A stretch of DNA of 64,000 nucleotides from an uncultured delta proteobacterium (GTDB lineage Bacteria > Desulfobacterota > Desulfuromonadia > Desulfuromonadales > BM103): positions 128,001-192,000 of the forward strand of contig CAVQRZ010000014.1 in NCBI GenBank assembly GCA_963715335.1. The letters are read 5' to 3'. This document shows, one piece after another, positions 19,445-29,516 of the stretch (its first letter is position 1; each line of letters begins with the position of its first letter). Made by a program: the position numbers and the translations under genes. Below the pieces are notes generated by a model that did no database searches, had not been told where the DNA came from, and was given only the letters and a program-made list of their open reading frames with translations.

Positions 19445-21089
19445 ATGAGTTTAAAAACCAAAAACACCCTGATTACTATGGCAGTTTTGTCGGCGTTGAT
19501 CCTGACGGTGGTCGGTATCACCTATCGCAGTACCCAGGTGATTATCGAGGAAACCATTGTCGAACATCAGTTGGCGATCACGACAGATGTCAGCAAGACA
19601 ACAGAGTTGTGGTTGAATCAGCAAATGAGAATTCTTGACGCTACGGCAGCGTCGGTTTCTCTGCATGGTCTTGGTAACAATCCAGAGACGTTGAGCCTAT
19701 TGAAAATGGCCATGAAGGCAGGGCATTTCAGCGATGTCTATATTGGTCTGACGAACGGTGAATTGATTGATGGTGCAGACTGGCCGCCACCAGACGGGTA
19801 TGATCCCAGGAAACGCCCTTGGTACGAGCGTGCCGTGGAGATGGGTCACACTGCGTTCACGACACCCTACATCGACTTTGTCACCATGGAACTGGTGATT
19901 GCTCTGGTGACGCCATTGTCTGTGGAGGGTCGTTTTGTCGGTGTGATGGGCGCTGATACTGTTCTCGACACATTGGTTGATAACCTCATGAGCGTCAAGG
20001 TCGGCGAAACAGGCTATGCGTTCATTGTTGAGAGCGATGGCACCATTCTGGTTCATCCGAACCAGGAGTTCGTCATGAAAATGAAATTACAGGAAACAGA
20101 GCCGAACCTTGCTGGTGGCCTTGACCTGTTGCAACAATCTTCTTCCGGGGCTATTACCTATCAGGACCAACAGAGCGGGCTGGACAACATTCTCGCCTAT
20201 AAAAAAATCACCAATACGGATTGGTTCCTCTGTAGGGACTGAGTTTGCCGCTGAAGTTGGCTTAAAGATTCTTCGCCTTGACAATCAGGAATTGACACTA
20301 TCGAGTATTCGGGACATATCGAAACGCGTCAATGCAGAAAAACAACTCAGGCAGGCTCAAAAAATGGCGGCCATGGGAGAGATGCTTGGCGCTATCGCTC
20401 ATCAGTGGCGTCAACCCCTGAATACCCTGTCGACCTATATTGCTAGCCTGCAGGCGGCTTATTTCAATAACAAGATCAATGAAACCTTTGTGCAGAAGCT
20501 GACCTCTGAAGCTGATTCACAGATTCAGTTTATGTCAAAGACCATCGATGACTTCCGGCTTTTTTTCCGGCCGAGTAAAAGCAAGGTTCCCTTCGACATC
20601 GTTGATGCTATCGACAGTGCCGTTAAGTTGATGCAAGCCCAGTTAAAGCAGAGCGAAGTCGACCTGAAGATCAACTTCGCAGAGGTTAAAGAACCACTCG
20701 TTGTGTACGGCTATCAAAGTGAATTTGTGCATGTACTTGTGAATATCCTCGCTAATGCCAGAGATGCTATTGACGAAAGGGCTTCGCAGGAGACAAATGG
20801 TTTACCTCGCCTGATTGAAATTGATATCATCAGTAACCATGCTGAGGTTGTTATTTGTGTCAAAGATTACGGTTGTGGCATCCCTGAACCTTTGCTGGCC
20901 AAAGTGTTTGACCCTTACTTTACAACGAAGGCCACTTTGTCCGGGGCAGGAATCGGTCTCTATATGGCAAAAATTATTGTCGAAAAAGAGATGAGTGGGG
21001 TTTTGTCAGTCAAGAACACTGAAATAGGTGCCGAATTTACTCTTCGGTTGCCAAAGGCTGAGTTAAAAAAGAAAGATGAAGGTGTGTAA
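19445..21089 (+). pseudogene. dCache sensor histidine kinase with an internal deletion/frameshift near 20235
   Basis: TM-dCache (YDPRKRPWY, TTPYID, GYAFIV) stops at TDWFLC and jumps to a PAS tail and kinase core (IAHQWRQPL, NARDA, DYGCG, FDPYFTTK, GIGL); TM2 and HAMP are missing. Confidence 0.75.
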
Positions 21090-22498
21090 TGTTGGATTTA
21101 AGCAGGCAAAATCCTCATGTCGTTTTGGTGGATGATGAACAATCTGAATTGGATGCGTACAGTTTCCTTCTAGAGTCGATGGGAGTCAGGAAGGTTACGG
21201 CACTCTCCGATAGCCGCCAGGTCCTGAAAGCTTTGCAGCACATCCCCGGTCCGATTGTCTTTCTGGATCTTAATATGCCGCATATGACCGGCCAGGAAGT
21301 GCTGCGTGCGATCAAGGAGAAGCACCCTCATGTCCCGGTGATCATTCTGACCGCAAACTCGGAAATCGAATCTGCCGTGGAATGCCTGAAATTGGGTGCG
21401 CACGATTATCTGATCAAACCCATCAGCATGTCTACGTTTGGCTCAGCTTTACGCAATGCCCTGGAAATAGGCTCGTTACGCAATGAAGTGATGTCACTCA
21501 AGGGCATCCCTTTCGGTGGTAGGCCGACGCACTCGGCATTTTCCGGAATCGTGACACAAAATGCCGTGATGGTGGAAATTTTCCAATACGTCGAGGCCAT
21601 TGCCGAAAGTAGCCAGCCGACTCTTATTCTGGGGGAAACAGGCTCCGGAAAGGAGTTGTTGGCGAAGGCCGTCCATGAGGTGAGTGGTGTGCATGGAGAA
21701 TTTGTTGCGGTGGATGTTTCTGGATTGGATGATACGCTTTTTTCGGACACGCTCTTTGGACATTCGAAAGGTGCTTATACCGGTGCGGACAAACCTCGCT
21801 CAGGCCTGCTCGAAATGGCTCAGGGAGGAACAATCTTTCTCGATGAGATCGGCGACTTGAGTGAAGTTTCACAGGTAAAGTTGTTGCGGTTGTTGCAGGA
21901 AGGTCTCTACTATCCGCTAGGGGCGGACCAACCGAAGAAAAGTCGGGCACGTATCATTGCCGCCGCCAATAAGGATCTGCAGAAGTTGGCTGGTCAGTCG
22001 GGCGGTTTCCGTATGGACCTGTATTACAGGCTCAGTACGCACTTGATCAAAATCCCCCCTCTTCGGGATCGACGTGAGGACATTCCTTTACTGGTCAGGA
22101 AATTGGTTGCGGATGCAGCCGACAGCATGAATAGAAAAACGCCTTTGGTCAGCAAGGAGGCGATGCACCTCCTCTTACGACACCCTTTTTATGGCAATAT
22201 CAGAGAGCTTAAGACTTACTTGTATGATGCCGTGGCTCGTTGTGGCAATGTCGAAATTCCGCGAGAGCTGATCGCTGAACGACTTGGGGGCAGTATCCCT
22301 GACTCCGCCGCCGCTCTCCCTGGGTCCAACCCTCTGGGAAAGTTGTTCGGACAGTTCCCTTCACTTGAGGAGTTGGTGAACTTTGCCATTGCTGAGGCCC
22401 TGGCTATAACCTCAGACAACCAGGCTCAGGCTGCCAGGCTACTTGGCATCTCTAAACAGGCCTTGCACAAACGCTTGAAGAAGCGGGCTCAGAAATAG
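21089..22498 (+). CDS. NtrC-family sigma-54 response regulator
   Basis: REC domain (VDDE, LDLNMP, KP), GETGSGKE, GAYTGA, FLDEIG, GNIREL and a Fis-type HTH. Confidence 0.93.
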   Translation: MLDLSRQNPHVVLVDDEQSELDAYSFLLESMGVRKVTALSDSRQVLKALQHIPGPIVFLDLNMPHMTGQEVLRAIKEKHPHVPVIILTANSEIESAVECLKLGAHDYLIKPISMSTFGSALRNALEIGSLRNEVMSLKGIPFGGRPTHSAFSGIVTQNAVMVEIFQYVEAIAESSQPTLILGETGSGKELLAKAVHEVSGVHGEFVAVDVSGLDDTLFSDTLFGHSKGAYTGADKPRSGLLEMAQGGTIFLDEIGDLSEVSQVKLLRLLQEGLYYPLGADQPKKSRARIIAAANKDLQKLAGQSGGFRMDLYYRLSTHLIKIPPLRDRREDIPLLVRKLVADAADSMNRKTPLVSKEAMHLLLRHPFYGNIRELKTYLYDAVARCGNVEIPRELIAERLGGSIPDSAAALPGSNPLGKLFGQFPSLEELVNFAIAEALAITSDNQAQAARLLGISKQALHKRLKKRAQK

Positions 22499-22517
22499 CC
22501 TGTACCGGAAGCCATGC

Positions 22518-22565
22518 GTCAACCATGGTTTCCCTCGTCAACCATGGTTGACGTCAATGGTTTAC
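22518..22565. promoter_or_regulatory. Repeated palindrome GTCAACCATGGTTGAC (putative UAS)
   Basis: Perfect 16-bp palindrome at 22537-22552, near copy at 22518-22533, partial copy at 22553-22565. Confidence 0.7.
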
Positions 22566-22649
22566 TTTTTCACCCGTTTGCAACCCCATATCTTCTTCAC
22601 GTCTTGTGAAAATCAATTAAATCAGTATGTTGTTTTATTCTTCTGCGTC

Positions 22650-22665
22650 TGGCACACGTGTTGCT
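22650..22665 (+). promoter_or_regulatory. Sigma-54 promoter
   Basis: TGGCAC-ACGTG-TTGCT, a consensus match. Confidence 0.85.
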
Positions 22666-22811
22666 CTATACCCTTGCTCTATAACGTATTGAGTCAGTCT
22701 GTCGAGTAAATTTTTACGTGATCGATGCTTAATTCATTATGTGAGTCATCGATAAGACCGATGGCGTTATTTAACTCTCCGCTGATGCGGACACAGAGGA
22801 AGGAGTCAGGT

Positions 22812-24044
22812 ATGAAGATGTTGAAACATTTGGTTGTTCCCGTTTTAGCCCTTGCAATGGTTGCGGGCACTTGCGGTGTAACCCAGGCAGAAACGAAAAC
22901 CGTGAAGATCGGTAACATCATCCCCTTGTCAGGGCCCTCGGCATCAGTTGGCATCCAGGGCAAGCAGGCCCGTGAGATGGCCCTGGAGGAAATCAACAGC
23001 TCGGGCGGGATCAAATCTCTCGGTGGCGCCAAACTGGAATTGCTCTTTGCCGATAGCAAAAGTGATCCGACCACCGGTGTTACAGAAGCCGAGCGTATGA
23101 TCAACTCCGAAAAAGTTCATCTGTTAACCGGATGCTGGAATTCAGCCGTTACCTATCCGACCACTCAGGTTGCTGAGCGCTATGGGATTCCCTTCATAGT
23201 GCCTGTATCGGTTCGCGACACCATTACAGAGCGCGGCTTCAAGTATGTTTTCCGCATTGCTGCAAAAGATGGCTGGTGGGCGAAAGACCAGTTCCTGTTT
23301 CTGGACGACATGAAGAAAGAGTTCAATGTTGATGTAAAAAAAGTTGCATTTGTTTATGAAAATGGCACTGTGTAGTCGGTTTTGCTGAGAAGTGGGTGGC
23401 GCTTGCAAAGAGCGTGGATACGAGGTTGTTCTTAACGAGCTTATTTCAGCACCGCCAGCGATCTGACTTCTGTTGTCATCAAGTTGAAGCGTGCAACTCT
23501 GATGTAGTCTTTATGACGTTCAATGCAGCAGATGCGATTCTGCTGATCAACACTATGGACGAAATGCGCGTCAACGTAAAGGCGATCATTTTCAGCGGTG
23601 GCGGTCATGCTGATTTGTTCTTTCTGAAAGCGGACGGGAAAAATGCGATTATCTGTTCGATATCGTAGAGTGGGAAACTGATCTTAATCGTCTCGGTCTC
23701 AAAAGATCAACGATAAGTACAAGAAGCTCTACGGCAGCAACATGAATGGTGAGTCGGTCGATGCATATGCTGCCATGTATGTCATCAAGGAAGCTCTGGA
23801 GAAGGTCGCTTCGATCGATCCGGCTGTATTGCGCAAGATTCTTGCAGAGATCAAGGTCTGTGGTGGCAAAACGGGTATTCTGGCTTACGATTGTGTAGAA
23901 TTTGACGAAACAGGGCAGAATAAAAACGCCAGTCTGGTTATAGTTCAGACTCGTGCTAACGGAGACGAGATGGATCGTATTACCGTCTGGCGAATAATGT
24001 CGTGGGCAGGATACACTTATGTATTAACACAATCAGAGAAGTAG
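22812..24044 (+). CDS. LivJ/K-type ABC substrate-binding protein, broken into several frames in its 3' half
   Basis: Signal peptide, KIGNIIPLSG, EEINSSGGI, YVFRI; homology continues through ORF pieces 23396-23668 and 23742-24044 (FDETGQN). Confidence 0.8.
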
Positions 24045-24165
24045 AAAGCATGATTGTCGCGGGACGGAAAACTTTTTTCGTTCCGCTTCTTTGGTTTCTG
24101 ATGCGGAAATCGAACAGCGGTCATCTCTCTTTTCGGCTGGTTGTTTTGGTATTTAAGGAGTCTGA

Positions 24166-24210
24166 ATGTTAGGCATTATCGAGGCATTGATTAACGGTAT
24201 GTTGATGTTT
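24166..24210 (+). pseudogene. 5' stub of a LivH-type permease
   Basis: AAGGAG RBS, then MLGIIEALINGMLM, after which the sequence degrades into C-free DNA. Confidence 0.55.
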
Positions 24211-24785
24211 TATTTATTTTTAATTAGTTTATGATATTATATTGTATAATTGATAATTTAGTATTATAATTATGATTGATTTTTGAGATTAATGTTGTTA
24301 AATAATTAATTATTATATGAATTATATGTTGATTTATGTTTTTATTAGTTAATTAATGAATTGGATATTAATGATTTTTGAATAAATATTAGGAGTATAT
24401 TTATTATAGTAAAATTGAATATATAGTAATGAAATTAGATAATGTTTTTAAAGAATATATTGTAAAAATAATAATAAATTTTTGATTATTATTTTTAACC
24501 CTGGGCATCTTGGTGCTTGGTGAACAGCTCAACGGACAGGCTCTAACCGGGATCAGCCTGATTTTTTTATTTATAATATTATTTTTTATATATAATAAAA
24601 TTATTTAAAATATAAAATATTAATTTTATTTTAATTAATAATAATATTATAAATAAATTATAAAATTTTAAAAATTATAATAATATAATATATATAATAT
24701 TTTTTTTAAAATATATTTAAATTAAAGATGTAAAAAAAAAAAGAATTTGATTAATAAAATGAAAGAAATTGAAAATAAAATTAAA
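24196..24785. other. C-free / AT-only low-complexity stretch containing a 62-bp normal-composition island
   Basis: No C at 24196-24498; only A/T at 24561-24726; no C until 24786. The island 24499-24560 encodes TLGILVLGEQLNGQALTGISLI (an EamA C-terminus). Confidence 0.9.
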
Positions 24786-24992
24786 CTTGTTGGCGTATTT
24801 TGTATGAAAGATTCAAAAAAAATATTCTGGAATATGCTTCCGGTATTAAGTTGTGGAGGTTATTGATAATCTCACAGTTGCCTAAAGATGTTCTTGGTAT
24901 TATTCTCATCAATGGTGTGCATGCCGGTGAACAAGATCATTCTCAAAGATGGTGATACGCTGTCGATACTTCCTTTGCTGGATGGTGGTTGA
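24759..24992 (+). CDS. MoaD/ThiS-family sulfur carrier, frameshifted
   Basis: Pieces LPKDVLGIILINGVHA and LKDGDTLSILPLLDGG* with a C-terminal di-glycine; lies upstream of AOR. Confidence 0.7.
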
Positions 24993-25060
24993 GAAAGCTT
25001 CGTTTGATTGTAGCCTGATGATGCATTAAGTATCTTATGTTCAGAATAAGGAGAGACCTG

Positions 25061-26466
25061 ATGAAGTTTTTGACAAACGATCCTGCAGCGAAACCCTCCG
25101 ACATTCTGTATAAGCGTTGTACCATTGATCTACGTACACGGTGAAAGAGCTTTGTCGACGCCCCATGTCGTAACCTTGAAGATGTGCTTGGCGGTTTTGG
25201 TCGTTCATTTCAAGACCTTGCTGAACGGAAGATTGAAAACGCCTACTGCGACGAGAACCCATTGATCGTCAACACCGGTCTGCTGACTGGAAGTAGTGTC
25301 ATGACGGGTATGCGTACCTACTTCTCCGGTTACAGTCCGATCAAAGGCTCTAAGGTGGGGCTTGCCTGCTGCAATGTGGTCGACCGGCAGCGGCAAGTTC
25401 GGCGCAAAGTTCAAATGGACCGGTCTGGATGAATTGATTTTCGAGAACCGTTCGGAACAGCCGGTCTATGTTGTGATCAAGGAAACCGAGTCCGGACCGC
25501 AGGTCGCGTTAAAGCCTGCCGAACATTTGCTCGGCCTCTCGACTCATGCCAAGATCATGGCTCTACAGAAAGAGTATGCTGACGCCCACTTTGCCGCTAT
25601 TGGTCAAGCCGGGGAGAATTGGCAGAACAACTATCATGGGCGCCGTGGCTCTTTCCACAGAGAACCAGCTCAAAGAGCATGAGGACAAGAGTCGATTCGC
25701 CGGGCGTGGCGGCATGGGCAGTCTGATGGGCTATAAGAACATCCTTGCTCTGGTGGCGCAAAGCAGCGACAAGCTGAAACCCTTATCCGAAGCGGTGAAG
25801 AAAGTTAATGTCAACGTCATCAAGGGGGGAGGTTCGGCTCGCATTCAGCCGATGAGTCGTGGCGGCGGCGGCGGAACCTGGGCCGCCTACGATGTTCTGC
25901 AGGAATTTCACGCGGTGCCGGTCAATAATTTCCGCCCGCAAGGAAATGCATCTGCCGGAGAAGCTGTTTCGCGAAAATGTTGAAAAAGAGTACGACATCA
26001 AGTCGCAGGCCTGCTATCGCTGCGGCATCACCTGTCACAACAATATCTCCGAGAAGAATGCCGACGGCAGCAAGGGCGAGTTTCTGGCCAAGTTTGACTA
26101 CGAGCCGCTCAACCTGCTCAGCACCAATATCGGCATTCACGATGCCGGTCAGGCTGCACGACTGATTCAGCTAGGTGACAACTACGGCATGGATGCTATT
26201 TCTCTGGGTGTACCATCTCTTATGCCTTGTCGTACAACGAACGGCATCCGCAGGCAACGATTCTCAACGGCGCGACCTTTGGTGATTACGAAAAGATTCG
26301 CGAACTGATCATTCAGGCCGGAGAGGGGACACTGCCGGAGATCGGCATGGCTCCATGCGCCTGTCGCAAAGTCTCAACGAAACCAGCTACGCTTACCATG
26401 TCAAAGGGCCTTGAGATCGCTGCGTACCAGCCGGAAACTCCTGTCCTGCCGGGCTGGTCGTGCTGA
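25061..26466 (+). pseudogene. Aldehyde:ferredoxin oxidoreductase (W/Mo-pterin) family, frameshifted and 3'-truncated
   Basis: NPLIVNTGLLTG, AAIGQAGEN, RFAGRGGMGSLMGYKN, ACYRCGITC, YGMDAISLG, KGLEIAAYQPE, then an abrupt loss of homology near 26440. Confidence 0.8.
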
Positions 26467-26555
26467 TTGTCAGGCGCCCGACTGGCGGGTAGCAACCGTC
26501 TCCAGGAGTGTCCACAAACCCGTGAGACCTTCAGGATATGGTTTTTCGCCAGGCG

Positions 26556-28568
26556 TTATTCGAGTCCGCTTTGGTTTTCATGCAAGGCATACAGAGCGGT
26601 TTCAATATAACTTAATAATTCTTTGGTCATACGCTCTTTTAATTGAACGTCGTCAATCGCCTGATACGCCGGTTCCGGTTTTAGCGTGTAACGACCCAAC
26701 CTCGCTTGAACATCAGGCTGTTTGACCAGGATCGTATCCCCTCTCAACATGGCAACGGTCTGGTCGCTCCCTGACGGTTTTATAATTCCAAACCCTTCAT
26801 CAGATGGGTCCAGCGCGAGGATATCCCTACCCCAGGACTGGTGGGTAAACGGTTTGCCAAGTAAACCGAGTATCGTGGGGATAACATCCACCTGGGTTGC
26901 AACAGTTGTTATGCTTTGACCAAATTCCTGCGTCAGTCCGGGGGCAATTAAAAGCAAGGGGACGTGAAACCTCAGCAGGTCGATATCAGAGATCTGCGGC
27001 TTTACGCCAAAGCCATGGTCCCCGAGAATTACGAAGAGCGTTTCATCGTAAAAAGGTTTGTGTCTGATGGCTTTAAAAAACTCTCCCAATGCCCAGTCTG
27101 AATATCTCATTGCGGTTAAATGTTCTGAATATTCACCCATGTCAGTCACTGCTGGAACGGGCAGGCTCTCCGGCAATGCATAGGGTGTATGATTGGACAA
27201 TGTCTGCACCATGGCAAAGAAGGGTTGCGCGGAGTCTATTTTGTCCAGTTCCTCAACGGCCCTGGAGAACATGTCTTCGTCGGAAACCCCCCAGGTTCGG
27301 TCCTGGAACTTGGGGTTGACATAATCGTGACGGCCGACAAAATTGGTTAGGCCCTGGTTGCGGAAAAACCCCTCCTGGTTATCCCAGGTAAAATCCCCGT
27401 TGTAGATATAAACGTCGTTGAACTTTTCCCTTTTCAATAAGGCCGGCAAGCCTGAGAAGGCGTTCCCCCCTTGCGGTTGTTGCATCAGGTATTCAAATCC
27501 GGGGAGATTGGGGAAGCTTGCGAAAGTCGCAAAGACACCCTGGTGGGTATGGGTGCCATTGGAGAAAAATTTCTCGAACAGCAACCCCTCTTTGGCAATT
27601 TTGTCAAATTCTGGAGTTATGCCGTAGTCATGGCCCAGGGCACCAACAAATTTGCCACTGAAGCTTTCCATTAAAATAACGACGACATTCTTTATGTTGT
27701 TGTTAACAGGAGACGTTTGCGGCTGGGATCTGCGTAAGATTTTGCGTGTCTCTGGTCTAAGTAAAACATCTCTTTCGGTTAAGATCATTTGCCTGGTTGT
27801 CTCCAGGGCTTCTCCTGCGGGGTACGAGCTTAACCATTTCTCCCCCTTGGCTTCATTGGATGCGTTCTCTGCCGCTTTTATAATGGTAAAGGTCCCGTTT
27901 AAAGCCAGATGGTTGGCAAACAGATGAGGGCTGTGAAAAGCATCTCCCCAACGCAGGGGGGGACCCGACCGGATTGTTGCACCCCTGGAACCGATGACCA
28001 ACAGCGCCAAGACCAAAACCGTTGTGGACATTCTTAGCAGGAATGGAGTGGGTTTCACGACATCGGGGGTGGTCAGTTTCGCAATGAATTTTAGGGCATA
28101 AATATAGATTCCTACCAGGACGGCCCACAGGAGCAGGTAGCGAACGACAGGAAAACCATTCCAGATCATGCTGCTTACCGTGGCGGCGTCTTCTTGTAAA
28201 TAATGAAAGGCGATACTGTTCAGGCGATTGTGAAATTCGTGGTAAAAGTCCAGTTCGACAACGCCCAGGAATATGGTTATTGCAAAGGCTGGCATCAACC
28301 ACAGAAAGGCCATCGTTCTTTTTCCCAGGCCATTTGGTAACGCCAGTGCGATGGCGAGCGGGAAGAGAATATAACAGATGATAATCAGGTCAAATCTTGC
28401 TCCGATCAGGAAGGAAACGGCAAGGTCTGAACCGGGAACGCCTTCAAGCAGTTCATTGTTTCTGATCAGCAACAAACAACGCAAAGCAGCAAACATTAAT
28501 AGTGAAAATAACGTGACGCAAAACAAGTAGCAAACATCGTAGGCCGTTTTTCCCATCTTTAGCTTCAT
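26556..28568 (-). CDS. LtaS-family (lipoteichoic acid synthase/phosphoglycerol transferase) membrane sulfatase-fold enzyme
   Basis: Five N-terminal TMs, NVVVILMESF, TPEFD, NGTHTH, TLSNHTPY, GDHG, VPLLL, QVDVIPT. Confidence 0.88.
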   Translation of the reverse strand: MKLKMGKTAYDVCYLFCVTLFSLLMFAALRCLLLIRNNELLEGVPGSDLAVSFLIGARFDLIIICYILFPLAIALALPNGLGKRTMAFLWLMPAFAITIFLGVVELDFYHEFHNRLNSIAFHYLQEDAATVSSMIWNGFPVVRYLLLWAVLVGIYIYALKFIAKLTTPDVVKPTPFLLRMSTTVLVLALLVIGSRGATIRSGPPLRWGDAFHSPHLFANHLALNGTFTIIKAAENASNEAKGEKWLSSYPAGEALETTRQMILTERDVLLRPETRKILRRSQPQTSPVNNNIKNVVVILMESFSGKFVGALGHDYGITPEFDKIAKEGLLFEKFFSNGTHTHQGVFATFASFPNLPGFEYLMQQPQGGNAFSGLPALLKREKFNDVYIYNGDFTWDNQEGFFRNQGLTNFVGRHDYVNPKFQDRTWGVSDEDMFSRAVEELDKIDSAQPFFAMVQTLSNHTPYALPESLPVPAVTDMGEYSEHLTAMRYSDWALGEFFKAIRHKPFYDETLFVILGDHGFGVKPQISDIDLLRFHVPLLLIAPGLTQEFGQSITTVATQVDVIPTILGLLGKPFTHQSWGRDILALDPSDEGFGIIKPSGSDQTVAMLRGDTILVKQPDVQARLGRYTLKPEPAYQAIDDVQLKERMTKELLSYIETALYALHENQSGLE

Positions 28569-29045
28569 TGCTGTCCCTTTTAATTCTCTATGGTTCTTTT
28601 GTAAAATTTATAACGGTTAGATCCATTGCGGCCACAGGGTCTCTTTATGAGGGCGGATGGAGACAATCCCTGTTCTGCCCCTGAAAGTGCCGCTTCGATA
28701 GCGCATCATGAACATCAGTGGCGGCGACTATTAAGTAAACCTTCTCAACAGCATGTCAAGATATTTGCATCTCCCGTGGGTTATTCTGCATGTCTTTGGT
28801 GAGCATTACGATCTCAACGCGCAGACCTTGCAGAACCTGGGGCGAAAAATTCATCTCTGGAAGTTATTTCCCAAGGGTCATGCGGGTTCTGCTGGCCGTC
28901 ATTCTCAACGATGGATTACGAAACCCCGTTAGTTTGTCACTCCGGTCGAAATTGTAAACTGTTGTTCCCTGATCAATCTATTTTTGAAATTTTCCCTTCG
29001 CGGTGTAAAAAAAGTTGGCGTCCTGCCAGCCCTTCCCGAATGTGA

Positions 29046-29251
29046 CGTACAGATATTTGTACAATTTTTCGGCGTGGATTTTTGAAAAACAATAAATCCG
29101 GCCAGTTACGCGCATGGCATGATGTCCGACTGATTCGGAAATGTGGCAATTGCAGCCTATCGTGTCCGACTGATGCAGAAATTTTCAATTGCAGTCTATC
29201 GCCGGGGGATTGTCACTTGACACTGTACCTGAATGTACCGCTTTTTGTACA
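29046..29251. promoter_or_regulatory. Two TGTACA-N6-TGTACA-like boxes in the divergent ltaS/eptA intergenic region
   Basis: CGTACAgatattTGTACA at 29046-29063 and TGTACCgcttttTGTACA at 29234-29251. Confidence 0.6.
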
Positions 29252-29254
29252 AAT
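29114..29254 (+). repeat. Copy of block 33938-34018, with an internal tandem duplication
   Basis: ATGGCATGATGTCCGACTGAT...CAATTGCAG(C/T)CTATCG unit present twice (29114-29162, 29163-29207), followed by the TGTAC box. Confidence 0.9.
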
Positions 29255-29516
29255 TACCCAAGATGATAGCTGATGGGATGCGATTGGAGCAGCAGCGATG
29301 AAGATTGTGGAACAGGCAGGATACAAGGTTGCCTGGTTGACTGGAAAAGATGAGGCGTCGCTGACGTTCAGCAGGCCAGTCTGCATGACATCAATCAATT
29401 TTCGCGCCACCAGGCTTGCTGGGAGCAGATGCATTGGCAACAGTTCCTGGATGAGTATCAAACCGCTTTGTCCGCAGCCAGGGTCGGCGCAAGTTGTCGC
29501 CGAGGTAAGGGAACCA

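Noticed and set aside
24196..24785. AT-rich stretch as a replication origin or CRISPR leader
   Set aside because: No DnaA boxes, repeat-spacer array or cas genes; the composition is more extreme than natural origins.
28625..28680. Hairpin ACAGGGTCTC...GAGACAATCCCTGT upstream of the ltaS-like gene, reminiscent of the second stem of Geobacter cyclic-dinucleotide riboswitches
   Set aside because: The first stem with its GNRA loop and the conserved AAAC/GGAAAG junctions are missing, and the resemblance is on the strand opposite ltaS. An Rfam scan would settle it.
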